Shown piece by piece: positions 38,176 to 48,234 of a stretch of DNA of 64,000 nucleotides. Both the position numbers and the translations under genes were made by a program. Origin of the DNA: Macrostomum hystrix (lineage: Eukaryota; Animalia; Platyhelminthes); assembly GCA_950097015.1 (NCBI GenBank), contig CATNEN010000024.1:2542001-2606000 (forward strand). The letters run 5' to 3'. The notes beneath the pieces are model-generated. The model was not told the DNA's origin and made no database searches. It saw only the letters and a list, made by a program, of their open reading frames with translations. Numbering within the stretch: the first letter of the stretch is position 1; each line of letters starts with the position of its first letter.

Positions 38176-39259
38176 GCTCGCACCGGCGGGACACAGCGCC
38201 TGTGAGGTATGAGTCAGTCCAGGCCCACGGGCTAAGGTCAGCGATGCCTCACACCTGCAGTCGCTTTTTGAGCAGGCTTGGCAGGAAGGAGCCCTGTGCA
38301 TTCGGGTGCAGGAATCCCTCCCTCCACGCTGTCCCGTCAGCTGATCCATGGGTACACGTCCCGCGAGTGTTCAAGGCTGACCCTAGGGAAGCCGGACAGA
38401 ATGAGCAACAGCGCTGGATGACTCATCCAGGGCCTCTGGCCAAACTGGGTACCTCTAGCCCTGGCTGGAGGGAAAGGTGTCAACCTTGACCTTAACAGGG
38501 TATGCGGCCAGTCCGCAGCGTTCGTGCACCTGTACGTGATCAGGTACCTCTGGCTACGGCTCTGAGGAAAAGGTGTCACCCTGCTCGCGTGTTTTGATCC
38601 CAGCTCGCAGCGCCATCACCAACGCCGGAGAACTGCGCCGCCTGCTGTTGGCAATCCACCCGGATCTGCCAGCAAACGGTGTCGTGGTTCATGAAACCAT
38701 CACCAGACCTGGTGGAGATGGTTTCGCGGCCATTCTAGGACTGTCGGACAGCTGGATGCTCCGCTGCCCAGACATGTCCTACATCAGTGCAGGTCTCACT
38801 CGAATGCAGATCTTCAGCTTCGAGTCCGACGCCACTCGCCCGCCGCCCCCGGAAAAGCGGAAACGGACGAATCAGAGCTCTACCGGGCCCCTGCGCCCTG
38901 GAACACAGACTCCTGGCCGTCACGACCACTCCGAGGACGCGGACCCTATCAGGGGCAAAGCCGCGAGAGCCGCAGAGACAGGCGGACATGGTAAGGGGCG
39001 GAAACCCGCCCGCAGCACCATCCGCACTAGCCTGACTCAGCGCGCCAAACATCTGCCGGACCCCAACAGAGGACGCCACCGCAGCACCACCAGGCCCAAT
39101 GTCTCATCGGAACCCCCGGCGGAAAACCGGGCTGAGGATACGGACGCCGCTGTTGCGGTAGCCCCGGCCTCGGCTCTGGATCCGATTCAGGAGGAACCGA
39201 TGGAGCTCGGGCAAAACACCGGCGAGGACGAGGAATCTCTCCTGAACAACTCGCCGTAG
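38176..39259 (+). pseudogene. LINE ORF1 C-terminal remnant (possibly DUF4780-like)
   Basis: ORF 38573-39259 (IPAR...ELRRLLLAIHPDL...ILGLSDS...) followed by a basic/acidic disordered tail, directly upstream of ORF2. The domain name is tentative. Confidence 0.55.
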
Positions 39260-39294
39260 GCCAGCAGGTAGCCGCACGGACCGCCCCTACTGGG

Positions 39295-42200
39295 GTGAGC
39301 TTGCTGCAGCTGAACCTGCACCACTGCATCGCGGCCTCGACCAACCTGGCGCGTGTGGTGGACTTCGTAAAACCGGGCATCATCCTCCTCCAATAGCCCT
39401 GGACGAAGAAAGGTAAGATTCCGAACATTCCTGCAGGTTTTGACTGTTTTTCATGCCCCAAAACCCCAGGGCTGCTGTGTTCGCGACTACCGATCTCAAA
39501 GCTTGGCATAGACCAGACCTCTCTGACAAAGACCTCTGTGTCATCCAAACCAACCACATTCTCCCGAACCGCACCGTCATCATCGCCTCTATCTACATTC
39601 CTGGAGACGGTGCTGCGGTTCCGCCCAGTCTCACTTCCCTCGTGGACTACTGCTCAGACCGCGACTTTGAGCTGCTGGTGGCAGGCGACATTAACGCCCA
39701 CCACACCCACTGTGGCAGTGTTACTTCAAACTGCAGAGGCGAGGATCTCCTTGCCTACATCTGCACCACCAATATTGAGTTCTGCAACTCGGGTGGCACA
39801 CCCACCTTTGACAATGGGCGATGGACGGAGGTCCTTGACGCCACCCTCGCCTCTCAGGGCCTGATCCCTCTGATCAGGGACTGGCAGGTGTGGGACGAAG
39901 AAAAATCTCTGTCTGACCATCGCTCCATTCGCTTCCGGTTGCAAAGCTCCTACTCCAAGCCTGGTGTTCTGTGGAAAAGGAACGCCCGGAATACTGACTG
40001 GACGGCCTTTGCGGAATCCGTGAAGCGCCAGACCAACCAGTTAGAATCCGTTGTTCCCGCCACCTGTCAAGAAGTGGACGATCTGGCTGATCTACTCAGT
40101 ACGACCATCCTGACAGCTCATGAAACCTCTTGCCCCCTTAAAGCCTACAAAGGCAAAAAATCCGCTCCCTGGTGGAACCCAGCGCTTGGAACCCTCCGGC
40201 GCAAGGCCAAATCCCCTCCAGCGGATTGCGCGGAAAAGCAAAGACCCAGCTGACCTGACCGCCTACCAGAATGCGATTCGTGACTTTAAGCGTGACACCA
40301 GGAAAGCGAAGTCCGAAAAGTGACGCCAATACTGCTCCGAGCTGGAGGGCGCCCGCCCAACCTCTCGCGTTGTAAAAGCGCTCACTCTTGACAAAATGTC
40401 AAATTGGCGCCTCCTTCACGTTGAGCTGAGGAACTCCCCGCTCTCCGCCAACCAGCACGCCTTTCGATCCGGACGCTCCATCGAAAATGCTCTGCATGCC
40501 ATTGTCGACAAGCTGGAGCGCGCCGTGCTTGACACCGGTTTCGCTCTCTCGCTTTTCCTCGACATTGATGGTGCCTTCGACAATGTGCTCTTCGGAGCCT
40601 TTAGGCGAGCCCTGGAACGCCGGGTTGCACACGAGCACCTCACCCGCTGGATCATGTATATGATCTCTCACCGAACTGCCACCTTGCACCTGCTTGGCCA
40701 CTCCCGTTCTGTGAAAGTCCAGAAGGGAGGCCCGCAGGGTGGCGATCTTAGTCCGATCCTCTGGAACCTTGTCATGGACGAGCTACTCTGCAGCCCTGAC
40801 CCGGACTCGGTCCAGAAAATCGGCTATGCTGACGACGTCACCGCCACTGGCCGGACCGTCTCCCCCGGTCCTTAGAGACCTTTTGCAAGCTTTCATCCAC
40901 CGTGCCGAGCTCTGGGCTCATAGCTGCGGCCTCAAACTCTCTGAGTCCAAGACCGTCGCCATTATGTTCACCAGCAAACGAAACTGAAGGATTGAGCCTC
41001 TTCTTCTCTATGACAAACCCATCGCCATGGAGAAGCAAACTAGATGCTTAGGTGTCATCCTCGACCACAGGTTGAGCTGGACACCTCACGTCAAATTCAA
41101 AACTCGCAAAGCTCTTGCGACGCTCGCGCAGATCCGCAGAGCCTTCGGCGCCACCTGGGGCCTCACCCCCAGCCGTCTCTGGTGGATTTACACTACCATT
41201 GTAAGACCGGCCATCTCTTTTGCCGGCTTCATCTGGAATAGTGCCCTGGAGACCAAAGGGGTCCTGGAGGCCCTAAACAAGGTGCAGGGCCGTGCTTGTC
41301 GAGCCATCATGAGTTCGGCACCCTCCACTCCCTTCGCTGGCATGAATGCCTTCCTGGACCTTCCCCCTTTAGATCTTTTTATCAAGGGAAGCGATGAAGA
41401 CGGCTCGTCGTCTCCTGGACGCGGGCGTCTCCATCCGGAAGCAACTTGCCTTCAGCAAGCGGAACCTCCAGCCCCATGGCGACCTCAGCCTACGGGACCT
41501 GGACGCAGCAGGAGGCCTCAAAATCCTCTCAGACGGAACTCCGTCGACGCAGTGCCCACCGCTCAAATTCAAAACCAGCATTCCGCCTCGCCAGGAAAGT
41601 ACGTGACCACGGCCAACCCCGTGAAATTCACTGCTTCACCGACGGTTCGCAAATCAACTCGGCCTCTGGTTTCGGCTACTGCATTATGTCCGGAGGGAAA
41701 ACTGTGGCGACCTTCTCCCAGCACACCGGCACCGACACCAGCATGGGGACCGCGCTGCGGACGCCGGCATAAACTCTACCGTTGTCCAGAACGAAGTTCT
41801 CGCCATCAGCTCCTGCGCCCTGGAGCTGATCAATCAAAATGTCCACGGAGCAGAAATTTCCCTCCACTCGGACAGCCAGGCGGCGATCCATGCCCTTGGA
41901 CGCACGCACACCTGCTCGCGCACAGTCCTCGACTGCGTCGCGCAACTCAACCGCTTAGGGGCCCACAACAAGGTGTCCCTAAGGTGGATTCCAGGGCACT
42001 CTGGCCACCCTGGTAACGAATTGGCCGACAGCCTCGCCAAGGCCGGTTCGACGGGTTCGCTTTTTGGTCCCGTGCCTGTGGTCTCCACCCCTACCGCCGT
42101 GGTCAACACTCGGATTAACCAGTGGGTAGCTCAAAGCACAAGGACAGATGGATCAATACCGCCGATTGTCGGCAGTCTCGCGCTGCTGACCCTTGTCCCT

Positions 42201-42589
42201 CCACTGCCCTTCGCAAAGCCTTGCTTGGACTTAACCGCAGGGACATCAGGGCAGTCACCATGGCCCTCTCTGGCCACGGCTGTTTCGCCAGGCACCGCTT
42301 CCTGCAAGGCAAAATCGGCAGTGAGGAATGCCCCTTCTGCCTCTCCTATGTTGAGGATGCAGAGCATTTCATTTGCGACTGCCCCGCCTTCACTCAGGAC
42401 AGGCTCACCTATCTTGGCCCAAACCCGGATCTCCCCGACGTTTTCAGGCCTGAGAACATCTGCCAGCTCATCCGTTACCTACTAAGGGCCACCGGGCGAG
42501 CAACTCTCCACCTCCTGGACTCTCCGGAGGAGGACCGCGCTGCAGACGCCGGCATCACTGGATCCCCCTGCGCGACACCGCAGCTTTAG
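39295..42589 (+). pseudogene. LINE ORF2 (pol) pseudogene
   Basis: In-frame stop at the APE LLQ(E)PW motif, several frameshifts, and a large deletion at about 40390 that removes the N-terminal RT subdomains. Confidence 0.88.
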
Positions 42590-42681
42590 TTGCCCGTGGT
42601 CGCCAGGGGCTAGCGGAATGGGCGGAAACGCCTCCCCGCTGCATCCGAAGGATGCCCCCTGCAGCTAAGTCAAGTCAAAAC

Positions 42682-44120
42682 CCCAGATCCCGGATCCCAA
42701 ATCCCAGATCCAGATCCGAGATCCCAAATCCAGATCCAGATCCCAGATCCCAGATCCCAGATCCCAGATCCCAGATCCTCATCCCAGATCCTTGATCCTA
42801 GATCCCCGATCCCAGATCCCAGATCCTGATCCCAGATCCTTGATCCCAGATCCCGGATCTCAGATCCTAGATCCCTGATCCCAGATCCCAGATCCCGGAT
42901 CTCAGATCCTAGATCCCAGATCCCAGATCCCAGATCCCAGATCCCAGATCCCAGATCCCAGGTCCTAGATCCCAGATCCGAGATCCGAGATCCCAGATCC
43001 CAGATCCCAGATCCGAGATCCCAGATCCCTGATCCCAGATCCCAGATCCCAGATCCCAGATCCGAGATCCCAGATCCCAGATCCCAGATCCCAGATCCCA
43101 GATCCCAGATCCCAGATCCCAGATCCCAGATCCCAGATCCAGATCCCAGATCCTGATCCCTGATCCCAGATCCCAGATCCCAGATCCCAGATCCCAGATC
43201 CCAGATCCCAGATCCAGATCCCAGATCCTGATCCCTGATCCCAGATCCCAGATCCCAGATCCTGGTCCCAGATCCCTGATCCCAGATCCCAGATCCCAGA
43301 TCCCAGATCCTGGTCCCAGATCCCAGATCCCTGATCCCAGATCCCAGATCCCAGATCCCAGATCCCAGATCCCAGATCCCAGATCCCAGATCCTGGTCCC
43401 AGATCCCTGATCCCTGATCCCAGATCCCAGATCCCAGATCCTGATCCCTGATCCCTGATCCCAGATCCCAGATCCCGGATCTCAGATCCTAGATCCCAGA
43501 TCCCAGATCCCAGATCCCAGATCCCAGATCCCAGATCCCAGGTCCTAGATCCCAGATCCGAGATCCGAGATCCCAGATCCCAGATCCCAGATCCGAGATC
43601 CCAGATCCCTGATCCCAGATCCCAGATCCCAGATCCCAGATCCGAGATCCCAGATCCCAGATCCCAGATCCCAGATCCCAGATCCCAGATCCCAGATCCC
43701 AGATCCCAGATCCCAGATCCAGATCCCAGATCCTGATCCCTGATCCCAGATCCCAGATCCCAGATCCCAGATCCCAGATCCCAGATCCCAGATCCAGATC
43801 CCAGATCCTGATCCCTGATCCCAGATCCCAGATCCCAGATCCTGGTCCCAGATCCCTGATCCCTGATCCCTGATCCCAGATCCCAGATCCCAGATCCCAG
43901 ATCCTGGTCCCAGATCCCAGATCCCTGATCCCAGATCCCAGATCCCAGATCCCAGATCCCAGATCCCAGATCCCAGATCCCAGATCCTGGTCCCAGATCC
44001 CTGATCCCTGATCCCAGATCCCAGATCCCAGATCCTGATCCCTGATCCCAGATCCCAGATCCCAGATCCTGGTCCCAGATCCCTGATCCCTGATCCCTGA
44101 TCCTTGATCCCTGATCCTGA
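42682..44120. repeat. (GATCCCA)n heptamer array with variants, right flank of the LINE
   Basis: Direct reading; contains an internal duplication of about 580 bp. Confidence 0.96.
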
Positions 44121-44634
44121 TCTCAGGGATCTTTCTTAAGGAAACTTTTCCGTTACTACTTCAGAAAAGTCAGAGAAGCCTCACAGACTCCTCGACTGTA
44201 GCAGTTTTGAGTTGGCTGTAAAAGAAATCCACTGTGCCATCACTTCTGGTTGAGTAGCCAAACATCATTCTGAGTTCTTTTATTTCAACTTGAATAAAAA
44301 AAGAAGTTCTGAAAGTCTCATTCAACAGGAAACTCGGGACGGGGATCTGCTACAGAGAGATAACAGCTGCAAACGAGAAATCGGGAATTGCTTTTTAACG
44401 AGGAGAAAAAGACGTAAAAGACAGAAAAGAAGTTGTAGAAGTTAATGATCTAAGGCAGCTGCTGCTGCTGTTGCTACCGCCGCTGCTAGGCTACTATAGA
44501 GATCATCTATGGGCTTGCCACTCAAACAGTCAGGCTGATAGCGAGAAAAATTCAATGACAGAGATTGGAGAAATCCGGCTGTAGCGTGCCCAGCCAACCA
44601 CGGTCAACACAGCCGGTCAGTTCATGCCGCAGAT

Positions 44635-46302
44635 TCAGCCCAGTGTGAAGACCCGGCTGCCGAATCCTGCGTTGATATGCGGGGAGAGTTAATGGCGAAT
44701 GAGAATTAGGAAGGAGGAATATGTAATGTAAGTGTATTTGCAATCAATCGGCTGTTCAAAATCCAATCTAGCTGGACCGTATAGCCACCCCCATAGGCGT
44801 GGCAACTCAGTATTTTGCTCTCACTGGAGACCAGTTGATGAGGCGTCTAATACGATTGCCAGAATCCACCCGGACACTGCTCGGGGAGATATGGACAGAT
44901 GGATTCATAATTTGATTATTGTTTGCACTTCTGCGTCCTTTGGCGCCAAGCGAAATTGAAGACACCGCCCCCCACCCACAGGGGACTAGACCTCCGCTAG
45001 ACAATAAATTGAGATTTAGAAATTGAAGCGAATAAAAATTTATTGGGCATACAAGTACTGGAAGAAGGCGCGACTAAGGATGAATGACTGTGAATGGGTC
45101 AGATGATCTTATTTTTATCGATATAGATAGGCCTTATAATTTATGTAGCTAGGCAGAATGCGACAGTAACAAAATCAATTCCAATAAATTTCTGAGAATA
45201 GACGCCTGAAGTCTTCGGGGAATTATTTCTGCCAAGTTCGGGTCGATAAAATCTAGAGCATTGCATACGGTAGCAGCCTGTTGGCCTTTTTGTAAAATAA
45301 AATATCAAAGGACTGGCTTTTAATTGATTTTTCTTATGGTGAAGGTAGATTTGCAACTAGAGGATTTGGAAGATTTGCTACGACAGTTGCTGGAGTCTTG
45401 GCTGGAATGTTTGCTGGAACAGTTGCCAGAGTGTTTGCTGGAACTGTTGCTGGAGTGTTTGCTGGAACTGTTGCTGGAGTGTTTGCTGGAACAGCTGCTG
45501 GAATGTTTACTGGAACAGTTGCTAGAGTGTTTGCTGGAACTGTTGCTGGAGTGTTTGCTGGAACAGTTGCTGGAGTGTTTGCTGGAACAGTTGCTGGAGT
45601 GTTTAGTGGAAAAGTTGCTGGAATGTTTGCTGGAACAGTTGCTGGAATTTTTAGTGGAACAGCTGCTGGAATGTTTGCTGGAAAAGTTGCTGGAATGTTT
45701 AGTGGAAAAGTTGCTGGAATGTTTGCTGGAACAGCTGCTCGAATGCTTGCTGGAACTGTTGCTGAAATACTTGCTAGAACAGCTGCTGGAACGTTTAGTG
45801 GAACAGTTGCTGGAATACTTGCTAAAGAGTTTGCTGGAACAGTTGCTGGAATGTTTGCTGGAGAGTTTGCTGGAACAGTTGCTAGAATGTTTGCTGGAAC
45901 AGTTGCTGGAATGTTTGCTGGAAATGTTTCCAGAAAATTAGCTGAAACAGTCGACGGAGCAGTTTCTGGAACTGTTGCTGACGCAGCTAATCGAACAGTT
46001 GCTGGAAAAGTTACTGAAAAGTCTTAGATAGTTGTTTATATTTAGCTGGAACGGCCCATATAAAATCTGCCTAGCAACCGGCACAGGAACTCACGAGCCT
46101 TCCGCTTGCGCAGTCGCTCGGCCTTGGCGAACTGGTCAAACAGGGCCTGAATCTCCGGGTCGTCGTAGGAGCGCTGCTCCAGCTGATAGTTGTCGATCTC
46201 GTCGGCCGCGGTGGGAGCGGCGGGAGCGGCGGCAGCATCCGAGCTAGTCGGTGCCAGACAGATGGCGGCCAAGGCCAGACAGACGATGGTGACTCTAAGC
46301 AT
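44635..46302 (-). CDS. Secreted neuropeptide-like precursor (79 aa spliced model)
   Basis: Exon 46302-46095 has a hydrophobic signal peptide, acidic spacer and RKRK site, and ends at donor GCTC|GTGAGT. Predicted exon 44666-44635 follows a pyrimidine-rich CAG and gives ...RKRKARFGSRVFTLG*. Minus-strand AATAAA at 44279-44284. Exon 1 is well supported; exon 2 is inferred. Confidence 0.7.
45378..46015. repeat. 24-bp (2x12) repeat GTTGCTGGAATGTTTGCTGGAACA
   Basis: Lies in the predicted neuropeptide intron. Confidence 0.92.
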
Positions 46303-46915
46303 GCTGTTTTAGTTGCTCTCTTAGGCACGGATGAGAATTCGGAAAAAATGAAGTCGAGCTTCAAGAAATCTTCGATTACTGAATTTCGGCGAGGCTGGGA
46401 GCAGCACTGCTCAAGAAGGGCTGATTGGAGCCGCCACCCCACTCCCGTAGAGGCTCAGCCGATATGAGGATTCGATGAGCAGTTTTTAGGCCAATAAAAA
46501 AACTCGGCAGACTCGCGTCTTGGTTGCTAGGAGATTTCTCGTTTCCCATCGATTTTTTGTTCATTTCAATTCTAATAAATGCTTCCAAATATTGAACGCA
46601 GTGAAAGTGTCGAGTGCTTCAATCTACATTTCACAGTCTACCAAGCATGATATTCCACACTGCAAGTGTACGAGTATATATATTATTTGTCTAAACAAAT
46701 GCAGCTCCTAGAAGCAATAATCTGTGCTTTTTGAGAGATACGGGATGAAGAACAGCTTCTCTAGCTCTTGACTGTTGCAGATGAACCGGACAGGGCAATG
46801 TGTCTATATAGCATTGAACAGTAGAAAGACAGCGCTATTTCTACCCATGGGGAAATACCACGGGATATTTCACAAACAGGTCGTGGAAAAAATCTAGAAA
46901 CATGATTAAACCAAG

Positions 46916-47088
46916 TTGATGAGGCAGAGCGGTCTAACGCGTTCGCCTCACGCACCAAGGTCCGGGAGTTCGATTCCATGGCGAGGCCGCATTCATTTGG
47001 GGCGCAGCCGCGGAGAGAAGGCTTTGGGGGCTTGTCATGCAATTTACTCCCGAAAGTGCCAACCACTGCAAGCACAGTGAGAGTGTAC
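46916..47088 (+). mobile_element. SINE family 1, 5' half, ending in a minisatellite
   Basis: GGCAGAGCGG A box, GAGTTCGATTCC B box and body up to GCACAGTGAGAGTGTACAC. Confidence 0.82.
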
Positions 47089-47296
47089 ACAGTGAGAGTG
47101 TACACAGTGAGAGTGTACACAGTGAGAGTGTACATAGTGAGAGTGTACACAGTGAGAGTGTACACAGTGAGAGTGTACACAGTGAGAGTGTACATAGTGA
47201 GAGTGTACACAGTGAGAGTGTACGCAGTGAGAGTGTACACAGTGAGAGTGTACACAGTGAGAGTGTACACAGTGAGAGTGTACACAGTGAGAGTGT
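47074..47296. repeat. 15-bp minisatellite ACAGTGAGAGTGTAC
   Basis: About 15 units continuing directly from a SINE body. Confidence 0.96.
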
Positions 47297-48234
47297 CAAT
47301 GTGTCTTTTCCATTTCAGATCAAATGTGAGCATGCGTATGCAGTACCTCAGTACCTGTGTGTTCAGTAGTCAGCTATTAGTGACTAACTACAGCCTTTAG
47401 CGAGACGGATAGCAAGGACACAAAGGACCCGATATGGACAGTAAAAATTTCCAGTACAAGAAGATATGGTGCCAATTTTAGGCGCTAAGATAAGAGCACT
47501 CAGAGATAATTAGGTTAAGGTTATTATCTGCTTGAGCAGGTCCACTCGCTGAGAGACCTCTTACCAATAGTCCGCACCTTCATTTATTGGCTGTTGCGCG
47601 GAAGAGAGCTAATGAAAAATGACTATAGCATCTCGCAATGAGATTTTGTGAGGCTAGTCTGATTGTCGGACTAGAGTGCCAAGGAAGCTAATGCATATTT
47701 CATAGCCTTTGCCTATAAGTGAAAACCCAGGGCCTCAAAGCTGTGTTTTTCGGCTTATCTGCCGGCTAAAATATAAAATATAGGATTAAAGAGCAGATCA
47801 AGTCTTAGTTTTATCCAAGGCGGTGGGTGGACACTGACGCTTCATTTTTTTTTGTGACAGTCGACCCCAGCGAAGAGGCAATTCCGTCACTTCGGCAGCA
47901 ATTTCGTGTTGACTGAATCTCTAAATCTAAATCTGTGTTTTTTCTTCCTTTTCTGCAAACATTGTAAGAAGCACTATACACACAGACTGATACTGTGTAT
48001 GCCAAGAGTTATGTTGACCATTTCTAGGTCAAATACCCCGGGTTTCTTCAACAGAAAAACTTGCTCTAGGACCTGACCAAACAGTCGTTTCTTGGAATGA
48101 CTATTTGGTTGCTAAAGAAAACGGAAAGACTGCTGAAGCAAGTGGATGATCGGATTAAAGGAAACAGCGAAAACGGAATACTTGTAAAAGAGACACTGAA
48201 GGACAATGCCTGCAGATATTGGCTTCAAAGAGTA

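Larger units (their letters stand above)
38176..42680 (+). mobile_element. 5'-truncated, decayed non-LTR retrotransposon (APE-RT-RNase H-CCHC; LOA/Lian-like)
   Basis: Remnant ORF1 to 39259. ORF2 remnants: LLQLNLHHC, AGDINAHH and SDHRSI (APE); QHAFR, FLDIDGAFD, PQGG.LSPILW and YADD at 40825 (RT); FTDGS and WIPGHSGHPGNELADSLAK (RNase H); CPFC...[10 protein letters not shown]. 3' tail TAAGTCAAGTCAAAA. Confidence 0.92.

Noticed and set aside
45324-46027. Leu/Glu-rich and AGMFAGTV-repeat ORFs
   Set aside because: 24-bp array within a predicted intron.
46042-46094. Unspliced C-terminus AREFLCRLLGRFYMGRSS (AMP-like)
   Set aside because: Begins at a consensus GTGAGT donor and is less favoured than the spliced model, though not excluded without RNA data.
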